Below the pieces are notes generated by a model. That model searched no databases. It was not told where the DNA came from and saw only the letters and a program-made list of their open reading frames with translations. Of a DNA stretch of 64,000 nt, positions 39,105 to 50,699 are shown piece after piece (within the stretch, counting starts at the first letter, position 1; the number at the start of each line of letters is the position of its first letter). Both the position numbers and the translations under genes were made by a program. Origin of the DNA: Lama glama (lineage: Eukaryota); assembly GCA_028534125.1 (NCBI GenBank), contig CM052818.1, positions 27,158,001 to 27,222,000 of the forward strand. The letters run 5' to 3'.

Positions 39105-39188
39105 TCTCCTGGGGTCTTGTAAGGGCCTGGTACAAATGTGGGTCCCTGAAGCTTAAGCTTCCTTAGCTTCACGGCAAATCCCCCTCTG
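39105..39188 (-). mobile_element. MER53-like hAT fragment
   Basis: Reverse complement cagagggggatttgccgtgaagctaaggaagcttaagcttcagggaccc. Confidence 0.6.
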
Positions 39189-42100
39189 CACCAGATCCTG
39201 TAGGCAGGCTCAGTCTTTCCTCATTTTCTAAGACCACTGATGACCTGGAGAGACCTGCCTATTTTCTAGAGGACTACTCTTAACTTGGCCCTTTTCTGCC
39301 TGATTGAGTCTCTAGATACTGCCTGCCCCTGAATCTCTCGTCACCATGCTTTGCTCAGCTGTGATAATGGAGAGCCTGGGGAACCTGATACGGGTTGCTA
39401 TAGAGTCCAGCATTGTTCTGTGAAGGATGTAGCCTCAGCATTTGCAGCAGGGCCTGCCCCACCCCCTCCGCCAGGCTGATCCAGCCCCACTGGCAGGCCT
39501 TCCACTCTCCCAGTGTGTCCATTCTGTTAGAACTGGTTGGTCAGAGTCAGTCCAGCCTAATCACTGGATATGACCGTGAGAAGAAGGGGGTGGGGCTAAT
39601 AGGTGGCTTGGTCTTTCTTTAGGATCAGGCCACCTGAAAAGACGCTAAACGCGTGAATGACTTGAGTCAAGCCTTATGAAAAAGATTTGTAGTGTGGAGA
39701 AAGTCATTGGGAGCAAATGAGAATGAAAGATTGGAGAAATTGGTGGGAAAGTAAAAAGTGCTTAAAATAATTATAGGTTAGGAAGGAGACAAATGGAACA
39801 GAAACATCCGAAGGAAGGGGGCTAGAATAAGGTATGTTTACAGGGGGTTTGGATAAGGAATAATCCTTGAAGGCCGTAGCTGAGCTGCATGAGTAAGCAC
39901 AGGGATTATACAAGAGCATCTCGTGGTGTGCCTTATCCACTATTTACTTTAAAATCAGATATTTTCAAGTTGTCAAAACAAGACATATGATCATATGATT
40001 ACCCACTATGAGAAAGAACTTTCTGTGATTCAAAGAACTTCAAAGCCTAATTAAAAATTCCAAGAATAGAAATGAAAACATTATGATTCTATGAAACCAA
40101 TAACAAGTGAGTTTTATTTTTCAGAAATAATTTGATGCGTTTATAACTACCATTATTTGCAAATAAAATATGTAGAAAAAGTTAGTAATTTGGTCATCCC
40201 TCTTTGCTCTCCTGACATTTTTAGAGGGTGTAAGTGCCACATTTCCTTATAGCTGATCTTTGATAAGAGAATTTAATTTCAAAGAACTGAATATTGTTTA
40301 TTTTATTAGATACTGGAAATGAGTCTCTGCTTCTTGGTCATTTAACATTTATTATTAAACTCATGTGAAACCAATGCCTGCTTCAGGGAGTGTTAAAGCA
40401 TAGTCTTTAGCTGTGTCACCCTTTGCTTCTGGGAGGCTATTTGAATATCACTTTCAAATACAGAACAAAGATAGAAGCAGACTGATCTTCAAAACAGTTC
40501 ACAGAAACAAGTTCCCCTTTATAAATCATTCCTGGGTAGGACACTGCCCATAACAACAGCAGCCTGTCATAGCCTCTCTTTTGTTCAAATACAAGAATTT
40601 ATCCAGGTGCTGTTTTTAACTCTATGCATTTTACTGGAAGAACAGGAGAGAGATTTTCAGTTCTCTGTTGCCTGAAACATTTCTCAGGTGCTAATGACAA
40701 AGGAAATGGTTTCTGCTGCTTCTTAAGTTTTGGCTGTCTCTACCCCATTAGTGAAGTCTTACCAGGAACGAGAGGCTTTAGCATCTTCTGATGCATTTTT
40801 TCCCCCTTCCTATCAGCATTTTCTATGACTGTGTACACAGGCATCTCTTTTTGGAGGGTTGGGAAGTTGAGGCTTGTGACAAAGCTAACCCAAATAAACA
40901 AGGAGAGGAAATGAACAAAAAAAAATTTTGGACAAATAAAAATGGTGCTGGATTAGCATTAAACCAGGTATTCAGCAAAAGAGAAAAGATCCTTCTTTGT
41001 CAACTACCAAAGCCTTAAACTTTGAGGTCAGCATGGTGGATGCATGTGCTGAGCCAAATCATAACGTCTCACAGCAAAAGGTAACCTCATCACTTTCACT
41101 TGAAATGCACTCTCTCACAAGCTTCTTTTATTCCCCAGAATTGGTGTCTTTGGGCTCCTGTGATTTCCAGTTGTTGATACTGTCTATCCATCATTCTTTT
41201 ATGATGGGGCCAGAGATTTGGTGCATTTTCCCCACATCTGTGACCCATGTAAGCAATTGCATTGCATGCTGACTACAGCCTGGAATTTTGGAGGACTTTT
41301 CATTTAGATGGCCCTCATTTATGCTTCATCCTCTAATACCTGTTTCTACTTGGCACTGTCTTTATTTGGTGGTTTAAAATGTAGATTAATTACCAATATA
41401 GTGGTACCTTGTGGTTTCAGTCGAGGGTTGTATGTGACTGTACTGGGACAGCAAGCTTCTTAAGCCATTATATTTGTATGAGTTGGTCTTTACCAGGACC
41501 TTGCTGTTTTTGAAAGAGAATGAGAGGGCTTTGTGCATGGGCTGCAGGCAGTGGAAGCAGCTCAGAGATGAGAATAGAGGGTTTGGCATGGTGTCTGTCC
41601 AAGGTGGTTAGAGCTGAAGTTGTCGAGTATCACGGTGCTGAAATGCTGAATGGGTTGAATTCGGTAGAGTGCAGTAAGGAAACGTCTCCCTTTCCCCTCC
41701 CATCTCAGCCTTTAACCATGCTCTGTCCAATTCCTCCTCCCCGCCTCTGCGTGGCATTTTGGTCAAATTCTATGTCTTTTCAGTCACTTTCATAAATCAG
41801 AATAGCCTCATTCTCAGATAGAAAAATTCTGATTCAGTGTAGATAAAAACTTCCGTCTTACACTCAAGTCAAAACTTCTCCCCTCGCCTGCTCAGGGTTG
41901 ACCTGGGAACCAGCAGGGGAAGGGGTCTGACTTGCTCTTTGACTCTGTCTCTGTTGCATCCCTTTTTGCTCTGCATCCTCTCCCTCTCCTAGGTTGAGGC
42001 CTCTTGCTGGATTCTCCTTAACCCTGCTAATATTTTTTTGGTAGGACCTTTCAAGATGACTTGAATCTAGCTATTTTCTGGCCCACTTGGCCCACAGTGG

Positions 42101-42667
42101 CATATCATAACCCCTGCTCCACAAATAGTGAACGTGTGGCTGCTCCCTCTGCTGCCTCCTCTCTTGGCCCTGTCGGCACGGGCAGCTCCTCCAGCCTCCT
42201 GCCTACAGAATTCTTCAGGCAAGAGGAATCTCTAGTCTCTCGGGGACGTCCATCAGGCTCTCCCAAGAATTCATGGTGTCCTACTCTGGGCCCATGGGAG
42301 CACTGAGGTCTGGGTCCTGCATCTCAGTAACCATACTGCTGGAGAGGAAGACACTGTTTACCCTGAGTGCAATCTCTGCCCATTCTCTGGTTCTTAGGAA
42401 ACCCTCTCACTCGGCTTGAGTGGGGGACACCCCAACAATATGGTTGGCAGCTCCGCATCTCAATAACAGTAATCCTTCTCTGTAGTTTCTAGTCTCTCCT
42501 AGAGATGAGTAATGGGATACAGGGAAAGGTCTGGCCCTGCTCTTTATTGGTAAATCATCTGTTTAACCTTCTGTTACTGTTATTTCTAGGAAAGACCAAC
42601 CTCAGAAAAAGGAATAGAATCACACCTGTCCTGAACTTGAGTGGGGTACCCCACGGGGACTTGGGGG

Positions 42668-43504
42668 AGTATATTCCTTCACTAGTGCTGCCGTAACACA
42701 GTAGCAAAGACTGGGCGGCTTAAACAACAGAAATGTATCTCCTCACAGCTCTGGAGGCTAGAAGTCGAAGATCAAGGTGTCAACAGGTCTCTGTCCTTGG
42801 CTTGCAGATGGCCACCATCTCCCTGTGTCTTCACATGGTCTTTTCACTGTGCGCTCCTGCTGTCTCTTCCTTGTTTCATGAGGACACCAGTCATACAACC
42901 ACCTCATTTTAACATAATCATCTCACTAAAGATCTTATCTCCAAATACAGATCTCTCTTGACTTATGATGGGGTTATAGTCTGATAGCCTATTGTAAATT
43001 GAAAATATTGTTAGTTTGAAAGTGCACTTAATTCACCTAACATACTGAACAGCATCACTTAGCCTGGCCTACTTTAAATGTGCTCAGAATACTTCCATCA
43101 GCCTACAGTTGGGCAAAGTCACCTAACACAAAGCCTATTTTATAAGAAAGTGTTGAATATTGTACTGAAAATGGAAACAGAACGGTTATGTGGGCCCAGG
43201 ATGGTTGTAAGTGAATCAGTCTTTCACCCTTGTGATGGTGTGGCTGCCTGGGAGCTGTGCTGGCTGTCTCTGCCCAGCATCTCGAGAAAGTATCAGACTA
43301 GAATCAGTATCACTAGCCCAGGAAAAGATCAAAATTTGAAGTATGGTTTCTACTGAATGCGTATTGCTTTTGCACCATCGTGAAGTCTACAAACTGCAAA
43401 TTGAAATGTGACAACTTGGGGGCCGTCTGTACAGTCGCATTCTGAGGTACTGGGGGTTGGGACTTCAACATGAGTTTTGAGGGAACATAATTCAGTCCAT
43501 TACA
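42668..43504 (-). mobile_element. MLT1A/B solo LTR split by a Tigger insertion
   Basis: gctgccgtaacacagtagcaaagactgggcggcttaaacaacagaaatgtatctcctcacagctctggaggctagaagtc; removing the insert rejoins ccaaata|cagtcgcattctgaggtactggggg. Confidence 0.85.
42948..43429. mobile_element. MER47/Tigger5-like TcMar DNA transposon
   Basis: Starts cagatctctcttgacttatgatggggtta and ends acaacttgggggccgtctg; TA duplicated at 42946-42947 and 43430-43431. Confidence 0.85.
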
Positions 43505-45179
43505 GGAGGAGAAGGCTGAGGCTGGGGTTAGCTAACCCTGAGCATGCCTGTCCTCTTGAAAGCCACTCATCTGCTGAGTCAGTGCCTGGAGTCTTGAGTC
43601 ACAGGGTGGGGATGACCGAGCTCGTCCACTGGAACGCCCAGTCTGGTGAGATTCGGGAACATTCAGGGTATACACTCATCCAGTCTTTCGGAGGGCAAAT
43701 CAGTCCTGAATTACAAAGTTACTCTGTCTCTACCAAGTGGAATAAAAATAACTTTTCTTTAAAAAAACAACATGGAATTCCCAAGATACCTAGTCTTAAC
43801 CCTCTAACATCTGATTAGAAACAATTAGCTCACTTCTGCGTCTACCGAAGTCAAGCAGAAAACTGAGCAATTACGTGTGTGTGCTCAAGTTATGTAAATA
43901 ATCATCTTAACAGGCACCTTCATTTTGCTTTTGTAGATCTAAGCCCTATCTGGCTTAAGTGGTTTATTTATTTAGATCCATAACATTTTGATGAGGCTAT
44001 TTTGATGCACAGTATTGGTGCAGCTCCTTAGATGTCAAGACATTTTGAATACTCTTAAAAAAAGAAGAAAAACCCTGTTAACATGATAATTTTTTAAAGC
44101 CACAAATTTATGTGTTGAACAGACATCCTCACCCTTAGTCTCACCCCACCCCAACCCCACTCACAATAAAATTTTCCTTCTCTAAATATAGCAAAAGGAA
44201 TTCCAACATCTCTGGAGACAAAATTTCAGAGGGAGAAAACAAATGAAAAACAAAGACCTGAGAAAATAAAAGTCCGAAGGGTAGGATACCTCAATTTTAA
44301 TACTCATTCTTGTAATATCCTCATTGGTCAAATTTTGGATGACTCCTCCAGCTGACTTCATGGAATATTACTGGATGCTATGGTCCCTGTCCTAACACTG
44401 TTGAGACTGTGGAAATACTCTTATAAGACATTTATACTAATAAGTATACCAGAAAATAGAACATAATGCATATGATGAACATAAAATGGATCAGACAAAA
44501 AGTATGATCATTTACAGAATCCATTTATCTCATCCAAATGTGATCCAAGCCTCCTGGTTTCTCTTCAGTTGCAAATTCCTGCATTGTCTGCATCTATGTC
44601 TTACTATACACCTGGCGGAGCCTCCGCTGATGCCACCTGGTCTCCAGGGGGGTGCCCTGTCAGTCTTCCATGGTGTCACCTTCTGACAATCTGTTGTTAC
44701 GCTCAATAGAGCTTTCTTACTTTTACTTTTTAGTCTTCCCTCCTCTCCTCTCCCACCCCCATGCCTCTACCCTCAGTTCAATAGGAAGTGGACTTTGTTT
44801 TCTTGAAGACTGGCACCTTTTCCTATTTTATTATTTTTTTCCTGTGTTGGGCCAGAGAGATTCTGCATCTCAACTGATTTTTTTCTCAGAATGAGCCTCT
44901 CAAACTCAAGTCTTCAAATGCCAAGTCTATTTTATTAGTCTTGCATTACTTTCTAGTGAAGTCAATGTATATAATTATAGTCCAAAAAACATTTTGAATC
45001 GAAAAGTAGAAAGAAGAGATAATTAACAAGTTAACAGTTCATCAACCGTTACTCCATACAGCATATGCACTAATTTTAAATGTCTGATTTGAATCTACTT
45101 TAAGGAGATCAGATGTTAAATAAGCAGGGCTTATCTGTACAGGGCAATTGCAACAATGGATTCAGTAAAGCCACATCTT

Positions 45180-45870
45180 TTTAGAAAAAATTGTAGTTAA
45201 ATATACATAACATAAAAATCATCATTTTAACATTTTTAGGTGTGCTGTGGCATTAAGTACATTCACATTATGTGCAGTCATCACTACTATCCATCTCCAG
45301 AATTTTCTCATCATCCCAAATGGAAACTCTGAACCCATGAAACACTGACCTCCACTTCCCCTTCTCCCTAGCCCCTGGCAACCACCATTCTACTTTCCAT
45401 CTCCCTGATTTTGACTACTCTGGGGACCTCATATAAGTGCATACAATATATGTCTTTTTGTGTCTGGCTTCACTTAATATAATGTACTCAAGGTTCATCC
45501 ATGTTGTAGCATGTGTGAAAATTACATTCCTTTTTAAGACTGAATAATATTCCATATTTTGCTTATCCATTCATCCACTGATGTACATTTGGGTTGTTTC
45601 CACTTTGGGGCTATAAAGCCACACCTTTTTAAAGAAAGCAATTTTATGGAGTTACAATTTACATGCAATAAAATGCACTTGTTTTAAGTTTACTGTTTGA
45701 TAAACATATACACCTACTTAGTCACCATTATAATCAAGTTATAGAGTATTTCCATTACTCCAGAAGTCTTCCTGTGTCCTTTTGAATTAACTACAAATTT
45801 GCTACCGCAAAACATCTCATACCCTGGGTACCACTCATCTGCTTTCTGCCACAGTGGATTAGTTTTGAGG
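45180..45870 (-). mobile_element. Two adjacent L1 3' UTR fragments
   Basis: ttgtagttaaatatacataacataaaa...gcccctggcaaccaccattctactttc...; second piece begins ~45635 ttttatggagttacaatttacatgcaataaaatgcac. Confidence 0.8.
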
Positions 45871-47827
45871 GCTTTTTAGACCTGAAGGATCTTGGTTAGT
45901 AATGAGACAAAGAATTCGGAATACAGGGTTCATTACTTATGAGTGAGATAGGCTCTGGGAGACAAAGAAACTAGAATATATACAAGGACCCCAGTGACAG
46001 AGGTACCAAACTGAGTGTTGCTTGTGTGCAGAAATGTCAGCTTGATTGATCAAAGTTGGAACCAACTTCCTTGTGGGAAATTTAGAGATATATGTTGATG
46101 TGGAAAAATCAAGATCACAATCTTCTGAAGAGAAGAAATAATAGAGAATATATTACTTTCCCATTGTTAAAGTTCTATTGTTCATATTTTTTTCTTAATT
46201 CATAGTCTTAAAGGAGGGAAGAATATTCTACCAATTTTAAGACCCATGTGCAGCCTCTTCCTCTTGTTTGTGGGAGGAAGAGGTTCCACTGCTAGGTCTT
46301 TGTTCCATTGTCCTATGAATAGTAAGGACATATGGTACTGACAGTCATAGAAAAGAGAGAACAGAGAGGGCTTCACCATCCTGAGATGTCTCAGCACACA
46401 GAACACAGCAAGACCTCAAAAACAAAAACAAAAACAAAAACACAGTAGATAAAATTTGACATATTCAATTCTGCATGATTCTTAATTTTAGATGAAAAAA
46501 TTAAGACTATTCCAAAGCAGGAAATTTAGGCTGTTGAGAATGTGCACTAGGTGCTTTCCGTAACAGGATCCTTGAAGGTTAAGTTGTTAGAACTGTCATA
46601 CTGTTAGATAAATAACCACAGCTAATAGTTGTTTTCATTAATTTTTCTGAGACTAGCATTTGACTACCCAGAACACAACCAGGTGTATACTTGGCAGTGT
46701 CTTTTCTACCCAGTTATTTTGATACCTTGTCAGGGTGTGGCCTTGGTCCCTTCTCTTGGTGACCTAGCTCTGCTTCCACAGACCCTGGATCAGGTTCTGT
46801 CTGATCAAAATGCTAATCTGATCATTAAAATAGAAGATTCATCACTAACAAACGTGAATAATTAGAATTAAACACTCTTTACTAATAAAACCTAAATTGT
46901 GATTTTTGATTACTCAAAAGTTGCTTGATTTTTTTTTTTAAATTGAGGCAAAATGGAAAGAACTCACCCTTTCCTTTTTTGGCAGGCAAGCAACTTTTCC
47001 TTAAATTCTTGAGTCAATATATGGTTTTCTCAAATCTTTTTACTTTTGTTTTATCAGCTCTGTTTTTTAAAATCATGTTATTAAATAACCTTAGCCATTT
47101 GCTAAGCTTTTCTCAAGAAATTCTCATTCTCATTGACATTCTCATCGTCTTACTTCTGCTTTATAACGCCTTCAGCACTTGCTGTATGTGATACTTTGAC
47201 AACCAGATATTTTCTAGTCTGATATTTGATAGTTTGTTTCTTTCTTTTGCAGTTCTTATATTTTCTGATTACTTAAACCCTTAGGTGATCTATATGTTGA
47301 ATAATCTACTTTTCCATTTTTTGTTACTTAAATTTTCACTGTGATACATTATATATGTGCAAAATTTAAATACATTGTCAAACAAGAGAAGTAAATTTTT
47401 CCATCTTAAATGATTAATGTAAGCATAATACCCAAGTGCCATGAAGCGCTCTGTAAAAGTTGCTCTGTAATATCTTTCTAATTTTGAATCAAGTGCTGAA
47501 AATTCTATAGGTTAACTTCTTAATACATGAAGTGAGCAAATATGTTTACACATCTTCATTTTCTTCTGCTCTCTAGGAAGTAAAGGTATGAAATAAATAG
47601 ATTTAGGTGAACAAATTAGTAGAATTAGGCCATGTGAGATACAATGAAGTGAGGGACCCTCTTCTTAATAGGAAGCCTTTGTCTGCTGATGGAGTGACCT
47701 AAACAGGTGAGACTGGCAGGAAGCCCTTGGCTTTGCCAGATCTGTGCCAAGGTTAGGAAGCTAGACTTTGGCTGTTGGGAAGAAGAGTTGCTGGAAAAAG
47801 TGGGCTAAAGTTGCTGTCTGGACATAG

Positions 47828-48015
47828 TTTTTTTTTTTTTTTCACATATATTTTCATTGAAGTATAGTCAGTTTACAATATTGTGTCAAGTTCTGGTGTA
47901 CAGCACAATACTTCAGTCATATAGGAACATACATATGTTCATTTTCATATTGTCTTTCACAGTAAGTTCTACAAGATATTGAATATAGTTCCCTGTGCTA
48001 TACAGTATGAACTTG
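47828..48015 (-). mobile_element. Cetartiodactyl-type L1 3' end
   Basis: Poly(T), then attgaagtatagtcagtttacaatattgtgtcaagttctggtgtacagc...tagttccctgtgctatacagta. Confidence 0.85.
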
Positions 48016-48644
48016 TTGCTATCAGGAAACTATTAAGTGAGGGGGTTTAGGGAATACTGAAACCATGGGTAATCATTAGTTAGATGCATTTCACCTGTAC
48101 CCTGCCTTCACTAATCAAGGTGGTTTTAATTGTTGCTATAAAAGACTTGCGTGTCCTTCAAGAGCATGTGGCCTAAGCAATAGGATGCTTGCTGGAGTTG
48201 TTCTCCAGGACCGTGGGGTCAGGTGTGTCTAGTTTGAGCTGTGCTTGTTAAGGCTGGATAGGACCACTGACCTCCCAACTCAGCATGTTTGAGCATCTGC
48301 TAGGTGACTTTTTGGTGTTAGAGGGCCCGAAACTCCACCCTCAGATCGTGCTAAAGGACCTCCATGTTTGAACGTGCAGAGGCCCGTAGCTTAGTTACGC
48401 CTGCGCAGACCCGCAATTCTATCACAACTTTTCCCAATCATGCTCCTCCCCGCCTCAGACCACGCCCTGCTCCTTGAGTCTTCTCAAAAACACCCTGAGC
48501 CTCTTGCTTTCAGGAGGCAGATTTGAGACTGGTTCCCAGTCTCCATCTTGGCTGCCTTGTGAATAAGCCCTCCCTTTGCTGCAAACCCTGTCTCAGTGTT
48601 TTGGCTTGCAGCCCGTCAGGCAAAACGAACCTGGTTCCGCCACA
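48016..48644 (+). mobile_element. ERV1-class (MER41/MER4-group-like) solo LTR; may begin at ~47635 with the L1 inserted into it
   Basis: R/U5-like end ggaggcagatttgagactgg...gctgccttgtgaataagccc...tgctgcaaaccctgtctcagtgttttggc...aacgaacctggttccgccaCA; CCAAT and GC boxes upstream. Confidence 0.7.
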
Positions 48645-50044
48645 AATGTAACTGGGATTGGATTCTCCAACAAAAAAGCAGTTTGAGTCAAGAACCAAAG
48701 GGACTAAAGGAACGAGCAGGCAAAGGAAATGAGGCTACAATCCGAGTGGAATACAGTCTCCTGCTGGATGTTCTGGAAGCTGCGGAGCAACTTGCTGCTC
48801 TCAGGTACCGCGTGGGAAGAAAGGTGCGGGGAAGGCATTGAAGAGAAACGCTGCTATTTTATACTTTTACCTGGCTATACATTTTTTTTTCCATTTAAAC
48901 AGTTTTCTGAGGTTACTCTTTCATGTTTAGTCATTTAAAATCTACAAAAGCACCAATTAACATTTTATTCCATACTATAGCTTCTTTGTCATCTTAATGC
49001 TTTCCCCCCATAAAATAGCACAATTTTCTTGTAGGTACATTTTTGGGGAGGACTTTTATAGATTGTTAGGGCCAAGTTACTATCAGTGTGCTAATATAAA
49101 TTAAGAAAAGTGATTCAGATCTTGTTTTGCAGTGGGCTATTCAAAATGTCTGGGCTGATACCAGGTAATTTGCATTTAATTAAAAGTAAAAAGCCTCCTA
49201 TGTGGAAAATTTGACTAAAATAAAATTCTGAGAACCACTAAAGCTAACCCAATAGCAATTTATTTGCAAGCATATGAAAAATTTGACAGTGTTACATTTG
49301 AGTACTAAGAATAATTTTAATTTCTACTAACATATAAACACATCACACTGGTAAGTGGAGATACACGTCAAGAAAAATATTTTCTTTTGCCTTCGCTATG
49401 TGCATCATTAGGAGATTCTGAATCAATTCCATAGTTTCTCATGACTTTGTGTGTGTAGTCCAATACCTAGAGAAAAATAGATCTTTGATATTTTAGACCA
49501 TCACGCTTGAGTAACATTCAGATAAGTGAATGTCAGCTGAGCTAGAATGTTTTCTCATCAACCCAAAAGCTGTTAACTGTTGAGTAATTAGTTCTAGCTC
49601 TGGGCCAGGTGAAGCTCAACAGCCGCTCCCTTCATGGTTTCAAAGGAAATGGAAAGGTAATGATGTTGCCTTTAAAGTAATTCTCAACAGTTTTAGGCTC
49701 AGTTCATAGAAGTAGCTTCTTGTTAAATATGGAACAAATCATTGAAATAGGAGACAAAATTCACTGGAAGAGTAAATAGGAAAATTTGATATTAACATTT
49801 ATCCTTGAGGATAGATTTCCATGCTGTCAAGAGATGGACAAAGCATACTGAGAAAATCTTATTTTCTATTATTAACTTTGTATTTCTTTTTCAAAATAGG
49901 AATTCATCTTTTATGACCCAACTACATCCCAATTCCTAAATGAAGAATTTGATTACTACAGTCCAAAGATATTACTCCTATCAACTCCTGGGTATTTGTT
50001 GCCTCTACATATTCACACTCCCTTAGAGTCATACTTTTTTTTAT

Positions 50045-50215
50045 CTAATTTTTTTATTGTGGCAAAATACAAATAACAAAATTGCCATCTTAACCATATT
50101 TAAATGTACAGTTTAGTGGTATGAATTCATATTCTTGAGCAACCATCGCTACCATCCATCTCCGGAACTCCTCACCTTGCAAAACAAACCCAATACACAT
50201 TAAACAGTAACTCTA
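50045..50215 (-). mobile_element. L1 (L1MA/MB-like) 3' end fragment
   Basis: ttttattgtggcaaaatac...ccatcttaaccatatttaaatgtacagtttagtgg. Confidence 0.8.
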
Positions 50216-50699
50216 CTTGAAATTATACTTCTTTATTTGGTATAAACGATTTCCAGCTTTATCAGTCTAACTACATTGTAAGCCCCTTGCAGGGGACAGT
50301 CATGTATTAGTTACATAACATACACATTTGGTACTTACTGTCAGGCCCTGTTCCAAGTGCTTTGCAAATATTAACTGGCATCCTTTTATGTTATGGAGGG
50401 TCTAGCATGTGCTTTGCACGTGGGAGACATAAAATATTTGTGGAATGAATTTTGATACCACTTAAGCATTTCCAAGTGACTGGCTGTTCTGGATGGAAAG
50501 TTACGAAAGGAGCAGGTTACTCTGGGGAAATGGCGTGGGGAATATCCCCACATTGGGTGCAAGTATAAAGAAGTCCTTTATTTTATTCACACTTAGGCCA
50601 GGTTCCCACTAAGGAAAGCTAAGACAAGCTGTTCTTGAATGATAGAGGCTGTAGGAAATGACTTAACACAGTTAAGGTTTTCCCTTGCACCAGGACCAG

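Noticed and set aside
1..50000. Exons of the neighbouring gene VIT, recalled as divergent from FEZ2 in human
   Set aside because: I found no vitrin-like coding sequence on the minus strand; a non-coding first exon could not be recognised by eye.
50564..50570. TATA-like tataaag upstream of FEZ2
   Set aside because: ~300 nt from the ATG and outside the CpG island; the GC-box architecture suggests a TATA-less promoter.
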